Part shown: positions 21,271 to 30,222 of the stretch, piece by piece
Position numbering within the stretch: the first letter of the stretch is position 1
Layout of the letters: the number at the start of each line of letters is the position of its first letter
IMG/VR virus record: IMGVR_UViG_3300046839_000055
Coordinates: 64,001-128,000 of that record
Source of the DNA: a virus
Lineage: Duplodnaviria; Caudoviricetes
Strand: one strand, 5' to 3'
Length of the DNA stretch: 64,000 nucleotides
The notes under the pieces: generated by a model
The model's database searches: none
The model's input: the letters and a program-made list of their open reading frames with translations, nothing else
Told to the model about the DNA's origin: nothing
Position numbers and translations under genes: made by a program

Positions 21271-22851
21271 TTAAAGTTCCATATCCTGTTGTCTGTGTTT
21301 CTCCTGTGCCGGGGCGGTTCTTTGTGCTTTTTTCTCGTCAGTCTTATCCTGCAAGACTTCTTTGATGGGCTGCTTCTTGGGCGGCTCTTTGCTTTCCTCT
21401 GTGCCGGGTGTGGCTTTCCGTACCCAGTAGCGGATGTCCCGCAGCTTCTTCAAATCCTCCTGTACCTCGGTCAGTGGTACTTTCAGCTCTGCGATTTCGC
21501 TGAGAAGCGTTTCCTGCTCCTGTTGCAACTCATTTTTCGTTTTATCCTTATCGTCCGGGTGCTTGGCAAGGTAGTCAGCGGCTTTCTCATACCGGGCAAC
21601 CTCCGGGTGTTCCTGTTTGAATTTCCCCTTTATTTTCTTAAAAAATATCTTCTGGTACTTCTCATAGACAGCCTTACATTCCTTGCAGTCTGTCCGGCTG
21701 GCAAGAATCCCGTCAATCACTTTGCTCTGGGCTTCCTTTGGCTTCATCTGATTGCGGTAATCTGCGGCTGATTTCCCGGAAGATTCCAGAAACGCTTCTA
21801 AGTCCTCCACAGTGGAAAGCCCCTTTTGCCGGAGATAGGACAGGGCTTCGCTGACTGCCTTTAAGTCCTGTGAAGTTCCCCGGTTCTGTCCAGCCCTTGT
21901 CCAGTCCTTCCGTTCTTCCTTTCGTATCTCCATATACTTCATCAGCAGATTGGGAAGAAGTGTCGCTTCCTCCGCCGCCTTTTGTGCAAGCAGCTCCTTC
22001 CGTTTTTCTCCCAGCTCGGTAATCCAGCCTTTGAGGTTTTGGATAAGCTGCCGGATGGACTTCATCAGGCGGTTGGCGGCTCTGATTTCCCGGTTCAGGT
22101 TGCCGATATTCGTCTGGATACCTCGCTTTTCCATCTGCCGGACAGCAGTCCCCTCATGGACAGTGGGGACTATATCAAGCCCCTGTCTGGCATAGGAACG
22201 CAAGTCCACACGCTCCGGGCGGTCATTGGCGTCCAGATAGCGGTTCTGGATAACCTCCCATTCATGCCGCCAGATTTCACAATACTTCTGGTCGTTCCAG
22301 TCCACCGTATCCTCCTTGTGGCTTTTCCACCTGCCGGACGGCAGCTTTATCCGTTCCCCATTCTCGTCAAGGTCATAAACCTTGCGGCTCTTGGGAAGCC
22401 ATTTTCCATGTTCATCCATTGCCCGCATGGTCAGCAGGACATGGGCGTGGGGATTGTGTCCCGGCGGATGGGGGTCATGGATGGCAAAATCAGCAATCAT
22501 GCCTTTGGAAACAAACTGCTGTTCACAAAACTCCCGTACAAGGACAGCGTACTGGTCGGGCGGTATCTCTCTGGGAATGGTAAGCACCCACCGCCTTGCA
22601 AGCTGGGAGTTCCATTGCTTTTCCACCGCTTCGGCGGCATTCCATAAAGTATTGCGGTCTGCATATTCCTGTGGAGCATTTGCCGGGAGCAGGATTTCAT
22701 TGTGGACGATACCACGCTTTTCCGGGTAGTGCTTTACTTGCTGGTCGTATTCACAGAACAGCTTTTCGCCGCTTTGGTAAGCAGCGGCGGCAACCGCAGA
22801 CTGCCGCTGGCTGCGCTGAACAATCGTGATTTCGTTGTGTGGACAAGGCAT
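21271..22851 (-). CDS. MobA/MobL (MOBQ) relaxase
   Basis: SAVAAAAYQSG, FAIHD...NPHAHVLLTMR, RVDLRSYARQG. Confidence 0.93.
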   Translation of the reverse strand: MPCPHNEITIVQRSQRQSAVAAAAYQSGEKLFCEYDQQVKHYPEKRGIVHNEILLPANAPQEYADRNTLWNAAEAVEKQWNSQLARRWVLTIPREIPPDQYAVLVREFCEQQFVSKGMIADFAIHDPHPPGHNPHAHVLLTMRAMDEHGKWLPKSRKVYDLDENGERIKLPSGRWKSHKEDTVDWNDQKYCEIWRHEWEVIQNRYLDANDRPERVDLRSYARQGLDIVPTVHEGTAVRQMEKRGIQTNIGNLNREIRAANRLMKSIRQLIQNLKGWITELGEKRKELLAQKAAEEATLLPNLLMKYMEIRKEERKDWTRAGQNRGTSQDLKAVSEALSYLRQKGLSTVEDLEAFLESSGKSAADYRNQMKPKEAQSKVIDGILASRTDCKECKAVYEKYQKIFFKKIKGKFKQEHPEVARYEKAADYLAKHPDDKDKTKNELQQEQETLLSEIAELKVPLTEVQEDLKKLRDIRYWVRKATPGTEESKEPPKKQPIKEVLQDKTDEKKAQRTAPAQEKHRQQDMEL

Positions 22852-23047
22852 TTCGTGTCCCTCCTTTCGCTAATTGGTGGATGGGGTGGCGTTTTACCAC
22901 CTCATTTTGGGCAGAAAAAAAGCAGGAGACCTTTTTCAGATTTCCTGCTCGGTGTGCCACTGTGTGAGCGGCGGGTATTTAGTTGTAAAAGTTCGGGACA
23001 AGTTGACCCGATGTAAAGCTAACAAACTGGAATTGCACCAAAACAAT

Positions 23048-23593
23048 CTAAGACAACAACGCTGCCCTACTTGCGATTTTTTCTTGTACTGCGGAAACAG
23101 TTTCTTGAATGGAATAAGTGGTCGTATCTATAACATTCGATTCATATATTCCCAGATTGCAAAATTGCTCCCACATGGTTTCTACCAATTCGATATTTGT
23201 CTTTCGGTCTAACTTTGAGCGTTCAACAGCTCGCTTCAAGGTTTCTTCCTTACTTGCCCTTAAAATAATATAATGCACCTCATAATGTTCCCGAACAAGA
23301 CTTTGCCACGGCTTTAAAAACCACGGTCCGATAATACCGTCAACAATTACATCATATCCACCACGAGCATATCGCTTCGCAGCTTCTAAAAACGCTTCAA
23401 TGACAATCAAATTTTGCTCATTTGATTCTGGCAAATGCGGTGGTATTGCCCCTTTACTCAAATAATGATAAAAGTCATCTGTGTGCATATGCACAGACTT
23501 TTCCAAATCTGATTCTTTTGCAACAGCAGATGCCGTTGTAGTTTTTCCTGTCCCCGGCGCACCTGTGATTACAATAATTCTACCTTGATTCAT
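23048..23593 (-). CDS. P-loop kinase / AAA_33-like protein
   Basis: GAPGTGKTT, VIVDG, ETLKRAVER lid; AT-rich cargo. Confidence 0.8.
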   Translation of the reverse strand: MNQGRIIVITGAPGTGKTTTASAVAKESDLEKSVHMHTDDFYHYLSKGAIPPHLPESNEQNLIVIEAFLEAAKRYARGGYDVIVDGIIGPWFLKPWQSLVREHYEVHYIILRASKEETLKRAVERSKLDRKTNIELVETMWEQFCNLGIYESNVIDTTTYSIQETVSAVQEKIASRAALLS

Positions 23594-23807
23594 CTATATT
23601 TTACCTCCACAAATTACGATTTTCTTAATTCTACAAACTGGAATTTGAGTCTCTGTAAAGCTGGAATTAACCCATACAATTATTTTAATTTAGAGGTTCT
23701 TACGCAATTATCCGTATTTTGTAATTTTTCAATACTGGAATGCCAGTGTAAATCAGCATTCTCCATTTTTATTAAAGCGAAAAACGTAAAATTGCGGAAG
23801 AACCAAT

Positions 23808-25268
23808 TTAGATATTCACAATTTTACTTGCCACAGTATCTCGAAAAACACTGTCATGTTCTACCAGGAGCATGGTCGGGGCAAACTCCGTTATGAGTTG
23901 TTCAATCTGCATACGTGAGTACACATCAATAAAGTTGAGCGGTTCATCCCATACATACAAGTGTGCCTTTTCACAAAGGCTTTTCGCAATTAGGACTTTC
24001 TTCTTTTGCCCGCCAGAAAAGTCTTTAATATCCTTTTCAAACTGTACACGCTCAAAGTCCATTTTCCTAAGAATTGCCTTGAACAAACTTTCATCAAGGT
24101 TGTTTTCTTCTGCAAACTCGGAAAGGGTTCCACATAAATACGATGTATCCTGTGGCACATAAGAAATTACAAGCCCAGAGCCAAGTGTTACTGTACCCGT
24201 ATAATCTATGGACTGCCCGACTACCAACTTTAACAGGCTACTTTTGCCACTGCCGTTCTTTCCATCAAGCACAATGCGTTCTCCCTGTCTTATTTCAAAC
24301 GAAACGGGTTCACAAACTGAAATGCCATCATAATAAACTACTACATTCGATAATGATGCAAGCAAATCTGTATGGTAATTAAGCGGTTGTATCTTGAGGG
24401 CTTCTGCGGTTTCCATATTTTTCAGCAATGCTGATTTTTGTTCGATTGTCTGTTGTTGTCTCGCTTCTATAGATTTTGAACGCTTCATCATTTTGGCGGC
24501 TTTATGACCGACATAACCTTTATCTGCTGCCCCAATTTTGGAAGCTTCTACACGTTCAGACCATACTGCAGCGCGTTTTGCCGACTGCTGTAATCGTCTG
24601 ATGTCCTTTTGCAAACGTTCGTTCTGAGCCAGTTCAAATTCTTGCTGTCGCTCAAAATTTGACATCCATGATGAAAAGTTTCCTCTTTGCACTTCGATAT
24701 TCGCTCGGTTAATCGATAGAATATAGTCAACACAATCGTCAAGAAAGCGACGATCGTGAGAAACTAAGATGAATCCCTTTTTCTTTTTCAGATATGCCGC
24801 CACACTTTTTCTCGCTTTGGCATCCAAATGGTTGGTAGGTTCATCAATCAGTAGGAAATGCCCTTCATTAAGAAAAAGAGCGGCAATCAAAACCTTTGTC
24901 TGCTCTCCGTTGGAAAGTGTTTCAAAAGGTCGCCAAAGCACATCGACATCAACATCAAGATAAGAAAGTTCTCGCATAAGTTCCCATTCTTCCGCAAGTG
25001 GGCAAATCTCCTGCAATATATCCTCTGTAATACGATTCTTATCTGAAACGGGATAAGGAAAATAATCAAACTGTACGGATGATAGGATTTTTCCACTATA
25101 CTCATATTTCCCAAGCAGAAGATTCAGAAAGGTTGTTTTACCTCGTCCGTTTCTGCCCACAAAACCAAGCTTCCAATCGGTATCAACCTGGAAACTGACA
25201 TTTTCAAAAACATTATCATAACTTGTCGGATATGAAAACGTAAGGTTTTCAATTTTAATCATTGACAT
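23808..25268 (-). CDS. lsa: Lsa-family ABC-F ribosomal protection protein
   Basis: Two ABC domains (GRNGRGKT/LSNGEQ/DEPTNHLD; GKNGSGKS/FSGGQ/DEPLN), no TM; DTDWKLGF and DKGYVGHKAAKMMKR typical of Lsa(B)/(E); allele not assigned. Confidence 0.88.
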   Translation of the reverse strand: MSMIKIENLTFSYPTSYDNVFENVSFQVDTDWKLGFVGRNGRGKTTFLNLLLGKYEYSGKILSSVQFDYFPYPVSDKNRITEDILQEICPLAEEWELMRELSYLDVDVDVLWRPFETLSNGEQTKVLIAALFLNEGHFLLIDEPTNHLDAKARKSVAAYLKKKKGFILVSHDRRFLDDCVDYILSINRANIEVQRGNFSSWMSNFERQQEFELAQNERLQKDIRRLQQSAKRAAVWSERVEASKIGAADKGYVGHKAAKMMKRSKSIEARQQQTIEQKSALLKNMETAEALKIQPLNYHTDLLASLSNVVVYYDGISVCEPVSFEIRQGERIVLDGKNGSGKSSLLKLVVGQSIDYTGTVTLGSGLVISYVPQDTSYLCGTLSEFAEENNLDESLFKAILRKMDFERVQFEKDIKDFSGGQKKKVLIAKSLCEKAHLYVWDEPLNFIDVYSRMQIEQLITEFAPTMLLVEHDSVFRDTVASKIVNI

Positions 25269-25413
25269 AAATATTATCCTCCTTTGCATGTCATACGATA
25301 CAAAGTCGGTTCGGTGAATGTTTACTACGTATAGATTTCACCAAAAGGAACCGACACTATACGGAGTGAATCATGTGTAACTATCTGTTCTGCACTATTC
25401 ATAAAGCACCTCC

Positions 25414-25455
25414 AAAACAAAATAAGAGCCACAAGAAAGTTTATCCTTGCAGCTC
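25414..25455 (-). terminator. Intrinsic terminator in the lsa leader (attenuator)
   Basis: GAGCTGCAAG...CTTGTGGCTC followed by TTATTTTGTTTT. Confidence 0.75.
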
Positions 25456-25581
25456 GTCATAGCATAAAATAACACCACTAAGCAAAAGTGGCAACAGCAC
25501 TATATTGAGTAAGATAGACATATAACTTTCTTGCAATAGACACAATAATGCCAAAGTATAGCACTACCGCATATTTTGATT

Positions 25582-25605
25582 TTATTTGCAAGAAAAGTTA
25601 ATCAT
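25582..25605 (-). promoter_or_regulatory. Leader uORF MINFSCK
   Basis: RBS AAGAGGTGG, ATG ATT AAC TTT TCT TGC AAA TAA; complementary to 25523-25536. Confidence 0.7.
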
Positions 25606-25633
25606 CTTCCCACCTCTTTCTAAATTTCAAAAT

Positions 25634-25662
25634 ATTATACCATAAATCGCAGGCAAATACAA
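25634..25662 (-). promoter_or_regulatory. SigA-type promoter for lsa
   Basis: TTGTAT-17 bp-TATAAT with extended TG. Confidence 0.7.
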
Positions 25663-25971
25663 GTGGTTATAAAAATTTAACAAATCGCTTATAATACAAT
25701 CATATAACTTTACGCATTCCTTACTGACCGTAAAATTCCGATTTATTGCTGACTTTATTATACTTTATTGCCTATCGAAAAGATAGCATATTTTATGAAA
25801 CTTGTCGGCTGGGAACAGCTTGCAACGCAAGGTGTCCCCAGATGACAAGTCCACAAAAGGGTAGCTGGCGGTAGCCAGCGCAGGGGAAGCGTAGCGTCCC
25901 CTGTATGATTTGGAGCAGACCATGACTGCGAAAAATCACAGCCCTCCGGCAAGGAGCCTTCGGAGAACGCA

Positions 25972-26007
25972 ATGCACCAACCTTTGGGTGGTGTATAATT
26001 GCGCCCT
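25972..26007 (+). other. Candidate MOBQ oriT
   Basis: Imperfect IR (CACCA..TGGTG) followed by TAATTGCGCCCT, one mismatch to the RSF1010/pIP501-type nic motif TAAGTGCGCCCT. Confidence 0.65.
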
Positions 26008-26014
26008 TAGTAAA

Positions 26015-26311
26015 CTAAGGGGTTTCCGGCTTCTCACGTTCCAGCAGTTTCTTCAATAGTTCCTGCGTGTCCTGCCTGTGAAAAATGAGTGTCAACAACA
26101 GCATGACATCATCATCTGTCAGGCGTTCCGGCTCTTGCAGAAAACTTTCCAGCATACCGCCACGAGTACAGAGCCGGTGTGTCCGTTCTTTTCGGGTAAG
26201 CTGCTTTAGCTGGTGCTGCAATGCCTTTTCATCATTGATGGCTTTCCGCAGTTTCTTTTCACTCTTTTCCAACTCTCGGTTGAGCTTTTCCAGCTTTGAG
26301 GTATCAGGCAA
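26015..26311 (-). CDS. DUF3847-family protein
   Basis: RKERTHRLCTRGGMLESFL. Confidence 0.85.
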   Translation of the reverse strand: MPDTSKLEKLNRELEKSEKKLRKAINDEKALQHQLKQLTRKERTHRLCTRGGMLESFLQEPERLTDDDVMLLLTLIFHRQDTQELLKKLLEREKPETP

Positions 26312-26645
26312 GGGCAGCGTCCTCCTTTCCCGGTATCAGCACATAAATCCTGTTTGGTTCTCCAACGCCCTGACGCACTCGCATGATCAGTCCGGCGGTT
26401 TCCAGTTCATTCAGAGAACGCTTGACCGTCATGGGGCTGCGGGACAGGACTGCGGCAATGGCTGTGACAGGGAAGCAGATAAACAGGATTCCGTTCTCGT
26501 CCTCCTGTCCGTTGGATAGCATAGCGTCCAACATCCGGCAGTACATGACCTTTGCGGTGCTGCTGACTGGAAATCCTGTCAACGCTCTGGGAAAGGGCAT
26601 ACAGGGCGGCAACGGTGTGCCTATCGTCATAAATTCAAAATTCAT
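26304..26645 (-). CDS. RepA_N-like winged-helix protein
   Basis: SSTAKVMYCRMLD...DENG...LNELETAGLIMRVRQGVGEPNRIY. Confidence 0.75.
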   Translation of the reverse strand: MNFEFMTIGTPLPPCMPFPRALTGFPVSSTAKVMYCRMLDAMLSNGQEDENGILFICFPVTAIAAVLSRSPMTVKRSLNELETAGLIMRVRQGVGEPNRIYVLIPGKEDAALA

Positions 26646-26830
26646 TCGGTGTGTTCCTCCTTTTTCTTTGCTCTTTTGGATAAATAACGGGGGCAGTCAA
26701 CCACAACCGCCCGGAAGCTCTGCTTGCACCCATGCTTGCATTTCCGGCATAATTCGTTGTAAGTGACACGCCCCCGGTCATTGAGGTAAAAAGAAAGCTC
26801 ATGCTTCCTCTTTTTGCTCATTCTCGGCAT
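26642..26830 (-). CDS. Small Cys-rich basic protein
   Basis: CRKCKHGCKQSFRAVVVDCPRY; RBS GGAGG. Confidence 0.6.
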   Translation of the reverse strand: MPRMSKKRKHELSFYLNDRGRVTYNELCRKCKHGCKQSFRAVVVDCPRYLSKRAKKKEEHTE

Positions 26831-27313
26831 ATTGCGTTTCCTCCCGTTTTAGTGTATAGTTTCGGGGCGATTTTCGGCAAAATTACGGTCATAGAGCCGT
26901 CTAAAATCTCCAGAAGTATCAGCAATAGGGTAGACTATCCCCCTATCAGATTGTCGTGTTTCGGTATCATTTCGGTATCAGTTCGCCAGTTCTCCCCGGT
27001 GTCGTTCCTCCCCTGAATCTCACAGCGGCGTATTGCTCCCTTTGGTACGCTCGTTTCGGTCAGGGTTCCTCCATATCCCTGCCAAAAGTCATGGCGCTAC
27101 ATCGCCGGGGAAGCATATCCCACACAGGCTGGTCATTCGATTGGAATAATCCATCGATGAACTACCTGTATCATAGAACATTTTTGTGCCCTGTGCCGTA
27201 TGTCCACAAAGTAGGAATTAAGGGTAAAAATCAGAAATTTCCACGATTGCGGAAAGTATGATACAATCCAGTTAAGCGGCAGTAATGAAACCGCCGGAAA
27301 GGAGCGTGCGCCC

Positions 27314-28120
27314 ATGAAAGGAGCGACAAGCATACAGGAACGCCTTTGGGAACTCCGCAAGGACAAAGGCTTAAATCTGGAAGAATTATCAGAGCTGACG
27401 GGCATTTCCAAATCAGCTCTTGGCAGTTATGAAAAAGAGGATTATAAGGAAATCAATCATGGCAACCTTATCACGCTGGCAGACTTCTATGGGGTTTCCG
27501 TTGATTATCTGCTGTGCCGGACAGAGAACCGGGAGCAGATCAACACGCCACTAACAGAGCTGCATTTGAATGATGAGATGGTGGCACTTCTGAAAGGCGG
27601 TCGGATTAACAACCGTCTGCTCTGTGAGCTTGCCACTCATAAGGACTTTATCAAGTTTCTTGCGGACATTGAGATTTATGTAGATGGGATTGCCACCATG
27701 CAGATTCAAAACCTCAACGCCCTTGTCGATACTGTCCGGCATGAAATCATTGAACGGTATCGCCCCGGCGAAGACGACCCGCATTTGAAAGTGCTGCAAG
27801 CCGCCCATATCAGCGATGATGAATATTTCAGCCACATGGTTCTTGATGACCTCAATCTCATTATCCGGGATATTCGGGAAGCCCACAAAAAGGACAGCGA
27901 GAGTGCGCCCCAGACCACCGTTGCCGATGAATTGAAAGAAAATTTGGAAGCGGTTGAAAATTTCAAGGGCAGTCGGGATGAAAAGCTGGTTGTCCTTTAC
28001 TGCAAGCAGCTCGGCATCAACTATAAAAATCTGTCAGACGAAGAATTTCGCTGGCTCATTCGGATTCTACAAAAATCAAAGAAAACAGGAACTCCTATCA
28101 GTCAAAGGAAAAAACGGTAA
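27314..28120 (+). CDS. Xre-family HTH regulator
   Basis: LRKDKGLNLEELSELTGISKSALGSYE...YGVSVDYLL. Confidence 0.9.
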   Translation: MKGATSIQERLWELRKDKGLNLEELSELTGISKSALGSYEKEDYKEINHGNLITLADFYGVSVDYLLCRTENREQINTPLTELHLNDEMVALLKGGRINNRLLCELATHKDFIKFLADIEIYVDGIATMQIQNLNALVDTVRHEIIERYRPGEDDPHLKVLQAAHISDDEYFSHMVLDDLNLIIRDIREAHKKDSESAPQTTVADELKENLEAVENFKGSRDEKLVVLYCKQLGINYKNLSDEEFRWLIRILQKSKKTGTPISQRKKR

Positions 28121-28238
28121 AGAAAAACCGCTGTTGCATGGTTGTGTTTGCTTCCATGTAGCAGCGGTTGGTGCTATACTTATTCAGTTAAAATTTCAAA
28201 GCGATAAAGTGGAATTTATCTTAGAAATTACAGCAATG

Positions 28239-28730
28239 TTATTTTGATAAACTTTCAAGAATTGAAATATCATGCTTATCTTTATCTCTTAATTCATAAC
28301 CTGAATGGAAAACTCTTTGGCCTTTTAAGGATATACAAGGAATTGTTTTTCCTTCAAAAAAAGCACTACCAAAGTAATCTTTTTCAAACTCATACCAGCC
28401 ACCCTCTAAATCAGCTTGTTTTGAAGTTCCGTCCTCACTTAAAACGAACGGGTGAATGTCTAAGTAACCAAGTTCATCACTATATAACTCTATTCTAACC
28501 GGTTTCCAGTCTGTATCAATTTTATAGCCCAGATTCAAAAGCACATTTAACAATTTTTCCGTATGTTGAGCATCAAAATTTATATCTATATCTCTATGAA
28601 TTCTTGTTTGTTTACCAGCTAAAATATCTACACCCCATCCGCCATCCAACCAGTATGTAATTCCAGTATTTTCGAATAATTCTATTACTTTCATTAAATC
28701 TTCTTTTGTTGTTATTTCTTTTCTACCCAT
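28239..28730 (-). CDS. lnu: Lincosamide nucleotidyltransferase, Lnu(A)-like
   Basis: YWLDGGWGVD...HRDIDINFDAQHT...GYLDIHP...IPCIS...FHSGY closely parallels Lnu(A) as recalled; allele not assigned. Confidence 0.85.
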   Translation of the reverse strand: MGRKEITTKEDLMKVIELFENTGITYWLDGGWGVDILAGKQTRIHRDIDINFDAQHTEKLLNVLLNLGYKIDTDWKPVRIELYSDELGYLDIHPFVLSEDGTSKQADLEGGWYEFEKDYFGSAFFEGKTIPCISLKGQRVFHSGYELRDKDKHDISILESLSK

Positions 28731-28781
28731 ACAAAGTCTCCTTTACAACTTCTAATTTGTAATAATCATTCTACCATACCG

Positions 28782-29159
28782 TTATGAATAAATCATCTCA
28801 TGTAAAACAATTTCTTCTGCCCGGTTGTGAATGTTATTGCAACGCTGCACCCATTCCATTTGACGGGTACGCTTCAATTCCTCGGTCACGCCCTCGGCAG
28901 CTTTCATCTGCTCCATGATGGTGTCTAACCGTTTCTGTGCCTGTTCGTTCAGGTCTGCAAGATATGTCCACAATTCCCCGGTCAGGGTCAATGTGTGTAA
29001 TCTGGCTGGGCAGACTTCTCTTAAATATTCCCGGTGCATCCGTCCGTACTTTCCGATGGGGCGGTGTTCCTCCGGCAACTTCAAGTCCGGGATGTAGTAA
29101 TCTCCAACAAGGATATAATCAATTCCGTTTTCTTTTATTCTTGGTTTCAATTCGCTCAT
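28782..29159 (-). CDS. tnpV: TnpV-family protein
   Basis: GDYYIPDL...IGKYGRMHREYL...MEWVQRCNNI. Confidence 0.9.
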   Translation of the reverse strand: MSELKPRIKENGIDYILVGDYYIPDLKLPEEHRPIGKYGRMHREYLREVCPARLHTLTLTGELWTYLADLNEQAQKRLDTIMEQMKAAEGVTEELKRTRQMEWVQRCNNIHNRAEEIVLHEMIYS

Positions 29160-29391
29160 GTTCCTTACCTCCTGTGGAAGCAGGCTCGTCTGGTACTAAC
29201 TCAATCACATCGGTAATCTCACAATTCAGCGTTTCGCAGATACGGGCTAATGTATCCATGCTGATGTGCTTTCCCTCTTTGCTCATGTTGGCAATCATAT
29301 TTGTTGTCATACCAGCGGCAAGCCTTAAATCCTCTTTTCTCATATCACGCTCTAACAGTGTGTGCCAGAGTGGTTTATAGCTGATGTGCAT
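29119..29391 (-). CDS. Cro/CI-like HTH_26 regulator
   Basis: ISYKPLWHTLLER...LARICETLNCEITDVIE. Confidence 0.85.
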   Translation of the reverse strand: MHISYKPLWHTLLERDMRKEDLRLAAGMTTNMIANMSKEGKHISMDTLARICETLNCEITDVIELVPDEPASTGGKEHERIETKNKRKRN

Positions 29392-29545
29392 ATTGTTTTC
29401 CTGCCTTTCTATCCATACCACCGGAGCGGCTGCCCCGGCAGGAACTTTTCTCTTATTATAGCACCAATCTTGTGAAATCACAATTTATTCTTGTAGCCTG
29501 CCGCTGATACCGTCTGGATTGGCTTTTCCTTTCTTTTTGTTCCCT

Positions 29546-29704
29546 TTAATTAGCCATGAACTGTTTCATGCCCTGAGACTTTGCGCCGGGGTTGTCATTG
29601 CCGTATCCTTCCATGAGATTAATGACACCCCAGATACCAAGACCTGCACCAAGAGCAATCACGAGTGTCTGAAGTACGCCTACTGCTGAGTTGAAAAATT
29701 CCAT
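29546..29704 (-). pseudogene. 5' part of Maff2-family gene, truncated by the IME
   Basis: MEFFNSAVGVLQTLVIALGAGLGIWGVINLMEGYGNDNPGAKSQGMKQFMAN*. Confidence 0.88.
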
Positions 29705-30008
29705 AAGTTCCTCCTTTGATCTGTGCCTTTTTGGCAATGCATATGGATGTGATTCTCTGTTTTCTGTCTCTGGTGATGCAAAGGATTTCTATCCTCTCGT
29801 GCGTCTGCACCATTCCTGATCACCCAGATCCTGAAAACAAAACAAGCAGCCAGATGCCTTCACAGGTGACGTCTGACTGCCATGTATTCCGCATCTGATG
29901 ATGCGGTATCGATTTGCCCGATATTTCCGGGAAATAAGAAACCGGAGAGCTCTGCAATGAGTGTCTCCGGCTAAAGTAGGTATTCATTTGTATGCGGCAA
30001 TTTGATAT

Positions 30009-30210
30009 TCACAGTTTTTGCTGGATATTCTTTAATGTTTCTTCAACCTGAATCTGTGTGATCCCAAAGCACTTCTTTCCAGCATCTTTCAGTGAAGTAC
30101 CAACATGATACACTGCTTTATAGTCTAAAATCAGGAAGCATAGCTATACCACTTTCTGTAAACACATAGTCCATATTCACTTGAGGTCGCAATTTGCGAC
30201 CTCAAGATTT
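30009..30210 (-). pseudogene. Internally deleted ORF6N-domain gene remnant
   Basis: Three juxtaposed fragments in different frames: LRSQIATSS, YVFTESGIAML, YHVGTSLKDAGKKCFGI. Confidence 0.6.
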
Positions 30211-30222
30211 GCCATTAACAGT

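Larger units (their letters stand above)
17055..29552 (-). mobile_element. Integrative mobilizable element (serine recombinase, MobA/MobL relaxase) inserted in maff2
   Basis: Recombinase at one end, Xre/TnpV at the other; maff2 halves on both sides; 18/21 imperfect direct repeat 17034-17054 / 29553-29573. Confidence 0.88.

Noticed and set aside
26860-27065. TTTCGG(TATCA) short repeats in the IME divergent region
   Set aside because: Few and irregular; cannot distinguish operators from chance
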